Shown piece after piece: positions 17,826-26,735 of a DNA stretch of 44,077 bases. A program made the translations under genes and the position numbers. The DNA is from Candidatus Rokuibacteriota bacterium. Lineage in GTDB: Bacteria > Methylomirabilota > Methylomirabilia > Rokubacteriales > CSP1-6. Location of the stretch: contig JACPCX010000181.1 in the NCBI GenBank assembly GCA_016184305.1, positions 1-44,077 of the forward strand. The letters run 5' to 3'. Numbering within the stretch: the stretch's first letter is position 1; every line of letters starts with the position of its first letter. Under the pieces are notes generated by a model that saw only the letters and a program-made list of their open reading frames with translations, did not search any database and was not told the DNA's origin.

Positions 17826-18064
17826 CGGTCCACGGTGACCCCGGCACCCCGATGAGCGCTTGCGCGAAGAGGCCCAACCGCACACCGGAGTCCTCCACGT
17901 TCAGGCGAGAAGGAGAGAGCCCCGCAGGGGCGAAGAGGCCCAACCGCCACCCGATGTCATCTACATTCAGGCGTGACGGTAAACCGGGCGCCCCGATGAG
18001 AGCCGAAGGCTCGAAGAGGCCCAACCGCCACCCGATGTCATCCACATTCAGGCGTGAAGAATGA
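17822..18064 (+). repeat. Three tandem 46-bp direct repeats with variable hairpin-forming linkers, forming an 80-codon ORF
   Basis: CGAAGAGGCCCAACCGCCACCCGATGTCATCCACATTCAGGCGTGA-like units at 17865-17910, 17931-17976 and 18012-18057. Confidence 0.9.
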
Positions 18065-18738
18065 GCCGGCTCGCGGACATCCTGTCCGGGATGGACCGCG
18101 GTCGCTCCCGGCCGCGAGGCCTCGGTGGGATTTCGAACCTGGCCCCACCGCCCGGGCCCACACGGAAGTGGCGTATGGGCGTGCCTTTGGTTATCCTAGC
18201 GGTCATGGTAGCCGTCGCGGTGGCCGTGTACATGCGACCGCACCCGGACACGGTGCCGAGGGTGACGGCTGCCACCCCGCCCGTCCCAGCTCCCGTCGCC
18301 TCCCAGCAGCTTCTCCCGCCCGCGGGCCCGGCGAACCCCTCGGTCCGCCGCGAGGCGGGGGCGCGCGTCCGGGCCCTGCTGACCCAGGGGGCCGAGGCGG
18401 TGGAGCGCGGCGCCTTCGGTGAGGCCGCGGGCCTCTTGAGACAGGCCACGGAGCTGGCGCCAAGCGATCCCGACGCCTGGAACGGGCTCGGTGTCGCGCT
18501 GGTCCATCTCGGAGACGTCACGGCCGGGGTGGCCGCGTTGCGCCGTGCCGTGCGGCTCAAGCCCACCCATTCCGAGGCCGAGCGGAACCTCGGCGTCGTC
18601 CTCGACCGCCAGGGGAAGTCCATCGAAGCGGCCGCCCACTACCGCGCATTCCTGGACCTCGCCGCCAACGGACATCCCGCCCGGAACGACGTGCGCCGGC
18701 GGCTGGGGGAAATCGCCAGCCGGAAAGGCGACGGATGA
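18061..18738 (+). CDS. Membrane-anchored TPR protein (MshN/ExeB-like position)
   Basis: Short N-terminal helix, TM segment, Pro-rich linker, TPR motifs DAWNGLGVAL and AERNLGVVL. Confidence 0.8.
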   Translation: MSRLADILSGMDRGRSRPRGLGGISNLAPPPGPTRKWRMGVPLVILAVMVAVAVAVYMRPHPDTVPRVTAATPPVPAPVASQQLLPPAGPANPSVRREAGARVRALLTQGAEAVERGAFGEAAGLLRQATELAPSDPDAWNGLGVALVHLGDVTAGVAALRRAVRLKPTHSEAERNLGVVLDRQGKSIEAAAHYRAFLDLAANGHPARNDVRRRLGEIASRKGDG

Positions 18739-20465
18739 CGCAGCCCACCGAGCGCTGGGGCTGGGTTCCGCTGGGCCAGATGCTCGTCCAGGACGGAATC
18801 CTGACCGACGAGCAGCTCGCTTCCGCCCTGGATCGCCAGCGCAAGGTGAAGGACCGCCTGGGCCAGGTCCTCATCGAGATGAAGCTCATCGACGAGGAGG
18901 TCCTGCTCAAGTACCTGGGCGCGCAGTTCCGGAAGGAGCCCATCACCCGCCTGGAGCTGGCCGCTCTCGACCTGGACGTCGTCAGGCTCGTGCCGGAGGA
19001 GGTGGCACGCCAGCACCGCATCATCGCCGCCGAGCGGCACGGCCGCCGGCTCGTCGTCGCCACCGCGGACCCGCTGAACGTCGTCGCCATCGACGACCTG
19101 CGCCGCGCCACGGGGCTCGACGTGGACTTCCGCATCGGCCCCGGCAGCGCGATCCAGGAAGCCATCGACAAGTGCTATCGCAAGATGATCTCCACGGCGG
19201 GCATCGACGACGCGCTCCGCCAGGACCTGGGTCTGAGCGTCGGGCTGTCGCCCGTCACCGAAGAGGCCGTGGACGTCAAGCAGCTGCGGACCCAGGCCGA
19301 CGATCCGCCCGTCGTGAAGGTCGTGAACTACGTCCTGGGCCGGGCGGCCGAGGACCGCGCCTCTGACATCCACGTCGAGGCCCACGAGGACCGGACGCGC
19401 GTCCGGTACCGCATCGACGGCCTGCTGTTCGACCTGATCGAGGTGCCGCGCTCGCTCCATCTGGCCGTCGTCTCGCGCCTCAAGATCATCTCCCGGCTCG
19501 ACATCGCCGAGCGCCGCCTCCCCCAGGACGGCAGCTTCGCCTCGCGCATCCACGGCAGGGAGATCGACTTCCGCGTCTCCACGCTGCCCACGATCTGGGG
19601 CGAGAAGGTGGTGCTGCGGCTCCTCGAGAAGGAAGCCGTCACGACCACCTACACGCTGGAGAACCTGGGCTTCGACCCGGACCAGCTCGAGTCGTTCATG
19701 AAGGGCATCCGCCGGCCGTGGGGCATGGTCCTCTTGACGGGTCCCACCGGGAGCGGCAAGTCCACGACGCTGCACACGGCCATCAAGGCCATCAAGTCGC
19801 CGCGCAAGAACATCGTCACCGTCGAGGATCCCGTCGAGTACCGCCAGCCCGGCATCCAGCAGGTGCAGGTCAAGGCCGAGATCGGATTCGACTTCGCCCG
19901 CTCGCTCCGGTCCATCCTGCGCCAGGACCCCGACATCATCATGGTGGGCGAGATCCGGGACGCCGAGACGGCGCAGATCGCCGTCCGGGCGGCCCTCACC
20001 GGCCACCTCGTGCTCTCGACGCTGCACACCAACGACGCGGTCTCCACCCTCATCCGGTTGATCAACATCGGGGTCGAGCCGTTCCTCGTCGCCACGGCCG
20101 TGAACGTGGCGGCCGCGCAGCGGCTCGTCAGGAAGATCTGCACGCACTGCAAGGAGGCCTACCAGCCCACGCCGGAGGAGGCCAGCCTGTTCGCCCCCGA
20201 CCCGGCGCCCGAGCTGCTGCACCGCGGGCGGGGATGCAAGGAGTGCCGCAACATCGGCTACCACGGCCGCATGGCCCTCTACGAGGTGTTCTGGGTCAAC
20301 GCGAACGTGCGCCGCATGGTGCTCGACGGGGCCGATGGGGACGTGATCCGCAAGTACGCCGTCGAGGGCGGGATGGTGCCCCTCAGGCAGGCGGGGTTCC
20401 GCAAGGTGGTGCAGGGGATCACCACCCTGGAAGAGATCATGGCTGTCGTCGCGGACCAGGACTGA
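18735..20465 (+). CDS. pilB: PilB/GspE/MshE extension ATPase with N-terminal MshEN domain
   Basis: ASDIHVE, LDIAERRLPQDG, GPTGSGKST, TVEDPVEY, LRQDPDIIMVGEIRD, TGHLVLSTLHTND and tetracysteine motif. Confidence 0.95.
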   Translation: MTQPTERWGWVPLGQMLVQDGILTDEQLASALDRQRKVKDRLGQVLIEMKLIDEEVLLKYLGAQFRKEPITRLELAALDLDVVRLVPEEVARQHRIIAAERHGRRLVVATADPLNVVAIDDLRRATGLDVDFRIGPGSAIQEAIDKCYRKMISTAGIDDALRQDLGLSVGLSPVTEEAVDVKQLRTQADDPPVVKVVNYVLGRAAEDRASDIHVEAHEDRTRVRYRIDGLLFDLIEVPRSLHLAVVSRLKIISRLDIAERRLPQDGSFASRIHGREIDFRVSTLPTIWGEKVVLRLLEKEAVTTTYTLENLGFDPDQLESFMKGIRRPWGMVLLTGPTGSGKSTTLHTAIKAIKSPRKNIVTVEDPVEYRQPGIQQVQVKAEIGFDFARSLRSILRQDPDIIMVGEIRDAETAQIAVRAALTGHLVLSTLHTNDAVSTLIRLINIGVEPFLVATAVNVAAAQRLVRKICTHCKEAYQPTPEEASLFAPDPAPELLHRGRGCKECRNIGYHGRMALYEVFWVNANVRRMVLDGADGDVIRKYAVEGGMVPLRQAGFRKVVQGITTLEEIMAVVADQD

Positions 20466-20469
20466 GCCC

Positions 20470-21741
20470 ATGCCGGTCTTCGAGTACGAGATCGCCGATC
20501 GCGCCGGGGCCATGACGCGGGGGCGGGCCGAGGCCGAGAGCCAGGGCGATCTCATCGCCCGCTTCAAGGAGCAGGGGCAGTGGGTGCTGGCCGTTCGACC
20601 GGTGGCCGGTGGCGGCGTGGCCGGGCTCGGAGCCGGCCTCGCGGTCGGGCCCCTCATCGAGGCGGCGCGGCAGATGGTCAAGCGGCTGTCGAGCGGCGTG
20701 AACCTGGCCACCATGGTGCTGTTCACGGGCCAGCTGGCGGCCATGCTGTCGGGCGGACTGCACCTGGTCCGGATCCTCACCGCGCTCGCGGCCGAGACGG
20801 CGAACAAGCCCTTCAGGAAGGTGCTGGAGGACGTGCGTGATGCCATCACCGGCGGCGCCAGCTTCGCCGACTCGCTCACCCGGCATCCGCACGTCTTCGA
20901 CCGGCTCTACGTCGCCGTGATCCGGGCCGGCGAGCTGTCGGGCTCCCTGCCGCAGGTCCTGGACACGCTCACCGTCTATCTCGAGAAGACGGCGGACCTC
21001 CGCCGCAAGGTCAAGGGGGCCATCGCCTACCCGATCGTCATCCTGACCGTCGCGCTCCTGGTCGTCTTCGTGATGGTGGTGAAGATCGTGCCGATCTTCC
21101 AGGGGGTGTACGCGCGCGCCAACGCCACGCTGCCCGCGCCGACCCGCGCGCTCGTGGCGATCAGCGACGCGGTGCGCGACTCGGCGCTGACGGTGTTCGT
21201 GGTCCTCATCCTGGTGGTCATCGGGTTCTTTGCGGTCCTGCAGTCGGAGGCCGGCCGCCGCCTCTTCGACCGCTTCAAGCTCAACGTGCCGCTCTTCGGG
21301 ACGCTCATCCGCAAGGCGATCATGGCCCGTGTCTGCCGCACGCTCAGCGTGCTGCTCAACAGCGGCATCCCGCTCATCGAGGCCATGGAGACCGTCTCCA
21401 AGGTCGCGGGGAACAAGGTCGTCGAGGAGGCCATGGCGACGGCCACCCAGCGGATGCGGGACGGCGGCACCATCGCCGAGACCCTCCGCGAGACGGGCCA
21501 GTTCCCGAGCATGGTCACCCAGCTCGTGGCCACCGGCGAGGAGAGCGGCACGCTGCCGGGGATGCTGGCGAAGGCCGCGCTGTACTACGAGCAGCAGGTG
21601 GACAGCGCGGTGGCCACCCTGTCCACGCTCATCGAGCCCGTCATGATCGTGATCATGGGGGCCATCGCCGGGAGCATCATCTTCGCGCTCTATCTGCCGA
21701 TCTTCACCCTCGGCCAGGCGATGAAGGGCGGGATCAGGTAG
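20470..21741 (+). CDS. pilC: Type IV pilus platform protein PilC (GspF family)
   Basis: MPVFEYE, FTGQLAAML, AGELSGSL, AIAYP, TGEESGTL and LYLPIFTL. Confidence 0.95.
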   Translation: MPVFEYEIADRAGAMTRGRAEAESQGDLIARFKEQGQWVLAVRPVAGGGVAGLGAGLAVGPLIEAARQMVKRLSSGVNLATMVLFTGQLAAMLSGGLHLVRILTALAAETANKPFRKVLEDVRDAITGGASFADSLTRHPHVFDRLYVAVIRAGELSGSLPQVLDTLTVYLEKTADLRRKVKGAIAYPIVILTVALLVVFVMVVKIVPIFQGVYARANATLPAPTRALVAISDAVRDSALTVFVVLILVVIGFFAVLQSEAGRRLFDRFKLNVPLFGTLIRKAIMARVCRTLSVLLNSGIPLIEAMETVSKVAGNKVVEEAMATATQRMRDGGTIAETLRETGQFPSMVTQLVATGEESGTLPGMLAKAALYYEQQVDSAVATLSTLIEPVMIVIMGAIAGSIIFALYLPIFTLGQAMKGGIR

Positions 21742-21758
21742 ACCGCAGCGCCGGAGCG

Positions 21759-23195
21759 ATGCCCGAGCGGGTTCGGCCGTATCGCGTGTCGGTCAGGCTG
21801 TACGTGATCTTCTCCCTCCTCATGGCCGTCTCGGCCACGGTGAGCGGCCTCATCCTCCTCTACCTCGCGCGGCCCTTCATCACGGAGCTCGGAGGGCAGC
21901 AGGCCGCCCGCGCTACCGTCCTCCTCTTCTCCGGCGCGGCGCTGGCGGGGGCGGCGGCAGCCGTGGGCGGGCTCGTGGTCGGGCTGCGCTTCGCCGGGCG
22001 CATCCGCGGCATCGTCCGGAAGGCGCAGGCCCTGTCCCCGACCGGCGAGGAGACGCGCCGGTCGCGCGCCACCGACGAGCTCGGGGCGCTGGACGAGGTG
22101 GTGGGCCGGCTGACGCTCTCCATGGATCGCTTCGTCCGGGACAGCGACATCCTCACGCGGCTGCCCGAGGGCATGCTCCTGCTGGGGCCCGCGGGCGACC
22201 TCGTGTCGTTCAACACCGCCGCCGAGGTCCTCCTGGAGATGTCGCTGGAGCATTTCCGCGGCCTGCCGATCCTGTCCAGCCAGGGGCCGCTGCCGGTGGG
22301 CAAGGGGAATGAGCCGCTGGCCCACCTGCTCGACGATGCCACGGTGGGGGAACGCTCGGTCCACATGAGCGAGGTGACGGCGACGACCTCGAAGGGGCGG
22401 GAGCTGGTCCTGGAGATCACCGCCCAGCACCGCGAGTGGGGGCGGGACTCGACGGCGCTGGTCCTGCTCTTCCGGGACGCCACGGAAAAGCGGCGGATCC
22501 GGGAGGAGATCCGGCGGGCGGATCAGCTCGCTTTCCTCGGGGGCATGGCCGCGCGCGTTGCCCACGAGATCCGCACGCCGCTGGCGACGATCCGCGGGCT
22601 GGTGGAGCTGCTGCAAACCGACCTGCCTCTGTCGGACTCGAGGCGGGAGTACATGGATCGCCTGCTCCAGGCGGTGGACCGGCAGGACCGCCTGGTCGAG
22701 AACCTCCTCACCCTGAGCCACCCGGAGCCGGAGAGCTGGCAGCCCGTGCCCCTGCGAGAGCTGGTGGACGATGTCGTCGGCATGCTGCCCGGCGATCCGC
22801 GCCTCCGTGTGGCGCCGCCGCCCGCATTGCTTCTCCCTGCCATGGGGGACGCGTTCCGGCTGAGCGAGGTGCTCAGCAACCTGATCAAGAACGCGCTGGA
22901 AGCCACGCCCCGGGATGGTACGGTGGAAGTCACGCTGGCGCCGGGAGAGCGCGATCGCGTCCGCGTCACGGTGCGGAATACCGGCGCGGGCATCCCCGCC
23001 GAGATCCGGGAGCGCATCTTCCAGCCCTTCTTCACGACGAAGTCGCGCGGGACGGGGCTCGGGCTCGCGATCGCCAGGCAGATCGTGGACGCGCATCGGG
23101 GGAGCCTCAGAGTGGAGAGTGACGGCGTGTCGGAGACCACGTTCATCGTCGAGCTGCCCACCACGGCCCCGGTGGTGGCGGCCGCGCGCGCCTGA
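21759..23195 (+). CDS. Sensor histidine kinase (2 TM, PAS, HisKA, HATPase; NtrB/PilS-like)
   Basis: AHEIRTPL H-box, NLIKNALEA, IFQPFFTTK and GTGLGL. Confidence 0.92.
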   Translation: MPERVRPYRVSVRLYVIFSLLMAVSATVSGLILLYLARPFITELGGQQAARATVLLFSGAALAGAAAAVGGLVVGLRFAGRIRGIVRKAQALSPTGEETRRSRATDELGALDEVVGRLTLSMDRFVRDSDILTRLPEGMLLLGPAGDLVSFNTAAEVLLEMSLEHFRGLPILSSQGPLPVGKGNEPLAHLLDDATVGERSVHMSEVTATTSKGRELVLEITAQHREWGRDSTALVLLFRDATEKRRIREEIRRADQLAFLGGMAARVAHEIRTPLATIRGLVELLQTDLPLSDSRREYMDRLLQAVDRQDRLVENLLTLSHPEPESWQPVPLRELVDDVVGMLPGDPRLRVAPPPALLLPAMGDAFRLSEVLSNLIKNALEATPRDGTVEVTLAPGERDRVRVTVRNTGAGIPAEIRERIFQPFFTTKSRGTGLGLAIARQIVDAHRGSLRVESDGVSETTFIVELPTTAPVVAAARA

Positions 23196-23203
23196 GAGGC
23201 GCC

Positions 23204-24580
23204 ATGGCCGAGCGCATCCTGATCGCCGAGGACGACGAGGATCTGGCCTTCGTCCTGCGCGAGGCCCTGATCCGGAAGGACTACGAGGTCGAGGTGGCGC
23301 CCACGGCCGGCGCCCTTCTCGACAAACTCAAGATCGCCGCGTGGGACCTGATCCTCCTGGACGTGAAGCTCCCGGACATGGATGGGCTCGACGCCATCCC
23401 GCGCTGCCGCGACCTGGCCCCGGACACGCCCATCATCGTGATGACGGCCCACGGCACCCGCGAGATCGCCAGCGAGGCCATCACGCGCGGCGCGTACGAC
23501 TTCTTCACCAAGCCCCTCAAGATGGTCGAGTTCCAGGTGGTCGTCGCCCGGGCCCTCGAGCGGCGGCGCCTCCAGCAGCAGGTCAAGGCGCTGCAGGCGG
23601 CGCAGGGGACCGGTTTCGAGGAGCTGATCGGGCCCAGCCTCCCGCTCCGCCGCGTGATCGAGATGGCGCAGCGGGTGGCGCCCACCGATGTGACCATCCT
23701 GATCGAAGGCGAGAGCGGGACGGGCAAGGAGGTGCTGGCCCGCGCCATCCACCGGCTGAGCCCCCGGAAGGAGGGGCCGCTCATCCCGGTGAACTGCGCG
23801 GCGATTCCGGAGGGGCTGCTCGAGTCCGAGCTCTTCGGCCACGAGCGGGGCGCCTTCACGGGAGCCGTGCGGGCCAAGCCGGGACGCTTCGAGCTCGCGC
23901 GCTCCGGCACGCTCTTCCTCGACGAGATCGGCGACATGCCGCTCTCCATGCAGGTGAAGATCCTCCGGGCGCTCCAGGAGCGGGAGATCGAGCGCGTGGG
24001 CGGCACCAGGCCCATCAGCGTGGACGTGCGGGTGGTCGCCGCCACCCACCAGAACCTCGACACCCTCGTCGCGGAGGGCAAGTTCCGCCCCGACCTCTTC
24101 TACCGCCTGCAGGGCATCCGGCTGCGGATTCCCCCGCTGCGGGAGCGGATCGACGATCTGCCGGACCTGATCACCCATCTGCTGCAGCGCGCCGCGCGCC
24201 GGCTGTCGCGGATGCCGGCCACGCTGTCCACCGAGGCGCTCCGGTGTCTCTGGACATACCAGTGGCCCGGCAATGTCCGCGAATTGCAGCATGTGCTGGA
24301 AGGCGCCATGGTGCTCTCCGACGGCATCATCCTGCCGGAGCACCTGCCGCCGGCCATCCAGCAGAGCGCCGCGGCGCCCCCCGATACCGCCGTCCACCCT
24401 CCGCTCTCCGGGTCCCTCGACGAGGCGCTCGAAGACTGGGAGCGCCGCATGATCCTCGACGCGCTCCGCCAGGCGGGCGGCGTCCAGGCGCGCGCCGCCA
24501 AGATCCTCGGCATCTCGGAGCGCAGCCTCTGGTATCGGGTCAAGAAGCTCGGCATCCAGGTCCGGACGCCGCCCGCATGA
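23204..24580 (+). CDS. Sigma54-dependent response regulator (NtrC/PilR family)
   Basis: Receiver domain; GESGTGKE; ESELFGHERGAFTGA; LFLDEIGD; WPGNVREL; Fis-type HTH. Confidence 0.95.
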   Translation: MAERILIAEDDEDLAFVLREALIRKDYEVEVAPTAGALLDKLKIAAWDLILLDVKLPDMDGLDAIPRCRDLAPDTPIIVMTAHGTREIASEAITRGAYDFFTKPLKMVEFQVVVARALERRRLQQQVKALQAAQGTGFEELIGPSLPLRRVIEMAQRVAPTDVTILIEGESGTGKEVLARAIHRLSPRKEGPLIPVNCAAIPEGLLESELFGHERGAFTGAVRAKPGRFELARSGTLFLDEIGDMPLSMQVKILRALQEREIERVGGTRPISVDVRVVAATHQNLDTLVAEGKFRPDLFYRLQGIRLRIPPLRERIDDLPDLITHLLQRAARRLSRMPATLSTEALRCLWTYQWPGNVRELQHVLEGAMVLSDGIILPEHLPPAIQQSAAAPPDTAVHPPLSGSLDEALEDWERRMILDALRQAGGVQARAAKILGISERSLWYRVKKLGIQVRTPPA

Positions 24581-24623
24581 GATCTCCCGGCCCGGGCGCT
24601 TGACCCCACCGGCCGCCGCTGCC

Positions 24624-25505
24624 ATGGACACCTTTGCGGAAGCCCTGGCCGCTCTCCTCGGCCGCCTCGCCAGCATCGAGGGGCCGCTGGTGGTCGTCGT
24701 CTCGCGGATCCTCGTGGTGCTGGCGGCCGTGGGGCTGGCCTCCGTGGGGTACCGGGCCGGCTCGCGGCTGATCGACAAGCTCCTCCGGCCGCTCGAGGGC
24801 GCCTCCGACTATCCCGTCAAGGTCCAGCGCGCGCGGACCCTCGGGCCGCTCATGAAGAGCGTCACCCGGTATGCGCTGGCCTTCATGGCGCTCATGGTGG
24901 CCCTGCGGGAAGTCGGCGTCGATATCCGGGCCCTGCTGGTCTCGGCCGGGGTCCTCGGGCTGGCCGTGGGGCTCGGCGCCCAGAGCCTGATCAAGGATGT
25001 GATCACCGGCTTCTTCATCCTCTTCGAGGGGCTCATCGCGGTGGGCGACGTCATCGAGGTGGGCAGCCACGTGGGGACGGTGGAGTCCATCGGGCTGCGC
25101 GTCACCAAGCTCCGCATGCTCAACGGCGCCCAGCGGGTGATCCCCAACGGCGAGCTCACGCAGTTCGCGAACTACAACAAGGGGTGGGCGCGGGCGGTGC
25201 TGGACGTGACCGTGGCCTACGACGTGGACGTGCGGCGCGCCCTCGAGCTGCTGGAGCGCCTGGCCCGGGAGTGGGGCCGGGAGACCGGGCTCGCCCTCGA
25301 GGACCCCCAGGCCCAGGGCATCGTCCGCTTCGGCGACGGGGAGCTGGGCTTGCGCCTGATGGTGAAGGTTCCGGCGGACAAGCGCGCGGAGGCCGAGATG
25401 GAGCTGCGCCGGCGGATCAAGGAGACGTTCGATCGCGAGGGCATCCAGGTGCCGTCCGCCGAGCGTGTCGTGTACCTTCGAGCCGAGAAGCCAGGGAGAC
25501 AGTGA
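24624..25505 (+). CDS. mscS: Small-conductance mechanosensitive channel family protein
   Basis: AGVLGLAVGLGAQSLIKDVITG, VGDVIEV, GTVESIGLRVT and IPNG. Confidence 0.9.
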   Translation: MDTFAEALAALLGRLASIEGPLVVVVSRILVVLAAVGLASVGYRAGSRLIDKLLRPLEGASDYPVKVQRARTLGPLMKSVTRYALAFMALMVALREVGVDIRALLVSAGVLGLAVGLGAQSLIKDVITGFFILFEGLIAVGDVIEVGSHVGTVESIGLRVTKLRMLNGAQRVIPNGELTQFANYNKGWARAVLDVTVAYDVDVRRALELLERLAREWGRETGLALEDPQAQGIVRFGDGELGLRLMVKVPADKRAEAEMELRRRIKETFDREGIQVPSAERVVYLRAEKPGRQ

Positions 25506-26383
25506 TGGCGCAGCCTCCGATGAAGGTTCGCAAGGCGGTGTTTCCGGCAGCGGGCCTCGGCACCCGCTTTCTGCCGGCCACCAAGGCGCAGCCCAAGGAG
25601 ATGCTGCCGCTGGTGGACAAGCCCACCATCCAGTACGTGGTGGAAGAGGCGGTGGCCTCGGGGCTCGAGGACATCATCCTGGTCACCGGACGGAACAAGC
25701 GCGCGATCGAGGATCACTTCGACGCCGCCTTCGAGCTGGAGTACTACCTGCAGGACCGCGGCAAGCTGGAGGAGCTCGCGCAGATCAAGACCATCTCCGA
25801 GCTGGCCGCCGTCTCCTACGTCCGGCAGAAGGAGCCGCTGGGGCTGGGGCACGCCATTCTCTGCGCCCGGCCTCTGGTGGGCGAGGAGCCCTTCGGCGTC
25901 TTCCTGGGTGACGACATCATCGTCTCCACGGTGCCGTGCATGCGCCAGCTCCTGGACGTCTACGAGCGCCACGACGGGCCCGTCCTGGCCGTCATGCGGG
26001 TGCCCCGCGAGGAAATCGGCCGCTACGGGGTCATCTCCGCCCGGCCCCTCGGCGGGAACGTCTTCGAGGTCCAGGACCTGGTCGAGAAGCCGGACCCGGC
26101 AGACGCCCCGTCCGATCTGGCCATCATCGGGCGCTATGTCCTGACACCGGACCTGTTCCCCATCCTGGCCGAGACCGCCGCCGACAGCCGCGGCGAGATC
26201 CAGCTCACCAACGGCCTGCGCACGCTGCGGGCCCGGCGCCCCCTCTACGCCGTGGAGTTCGAGGGCAAGCGCTACGACACCGGCGACCGGCTCGGCTTCC
26301 TCAAGGCGACGGTGGAGTTTGCCCTGGCGCGCCCCGACCTGGCGGAGGCCTTCCGCAGCTACCTCAAGAGCCTCGACCTGTAG
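25505..26383 (+). CDS. galU: UTP--glucose-1-phosphate uridylyltransferase
   Basis: KAVFPAAGLGTRFLPATKAQPKEMLP, RQKEPLGLGHA, VEKP and GEIQLT. Confidence 0.95.
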   Translation: MAQPPMKVRKAVFPAAGLGTRFLPATKAQPKEMLPLVDKPTIQYVVEEAVASGLEDIILVTGRNKRAIEDHFDAAFELEYYLQDRGKLEELAQIKTISELAAVSYVRQKEPLGLGHAILCARPLVGEEPFGVFLGDDIIVSTVPCMRQLLDVYERHDGPVLAVMRVPREEIGRYGVISARPLGGNVFEVQDLVEKPDPADAPSDLAIIGRYVLTPDLFPILAETAADSRGEIQLTNGLRTLRARRPLYAVEFEGKRYDTGDRLGFLKATVEFALARPDLAEAFRSYLKSLDL

Positions 26384-26570
26384 CAGGCCGCTGAAAAAGG
26401 CCCATCTGCTGCGTTGGCGCCCTCGGCCGCACGCTCAACGTGGCTCGCTCACGCTCGCCCGGCTCTCCGGGTCCGCTCACCTCGCCTCCGGCTCGGCTCG
26501 CCAAGCGAAGTACGCCTCGCGTGCGGCCATCGGGCGCCGCCTTGCATCTGGACCTTTCTGAGCGGCCTGC
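26383..26570. mobile_element. MITE-like element with imperfect 27-bp terminal inverted repeats
   Basis: GCAGGCCGCTGAAAAAGGCCCATCTGC versus reverse complement of the right end GCAGGCCGCTCAGAAAGGTCCAGATGC (22/27); nested inner inverted repeat; GTA on both flanks. Confidence 0.7.
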
Positions 26571-26662
26571 GTAGTTTCTCCGCATCCTGGCGGCGAGGTC
26601 CCTGGCCCGCTGGAATCGGGCGTTGTGGCGGGGACTTGCGGCCGGAGGCGCCCGCCATTCGA

Positions 26663-26691
26663 TTGACTTCCCGAGGGGTTTCTGGGAAAAT
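26663..26691 (+). promoter_or_regulatory. Putative sigma70 promoter of the pncB-trp cluster
   Basis: TTGACT, 17-nt spacer, then TG-g-GAAAAT. Confidence 0.4.
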
Positions 26692-26735
26692 CCGCCCACC
26701 TGAACGGCCTGCCGCCAAGCCAGCTTCAGGCACCT

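Noticed and set aside
17847..18020. Hammerhead ribozyme (CCGATGA-stem-GAAG resembles CUGANGA-stem II-GAAA)
   Set aside because: U4 and A15.1 equivalents deviate, and I could not build stems I and III with an NUH site; the flanks pair as a single long hairpin. Only a cleavage assay would fully exclude it.
17865..18057. CRISPR array
   Set aside because: Only three 46-bp units. The linkers are 20 and 35 nt, related to each other and hairpin-forming. No cas genes or leader.
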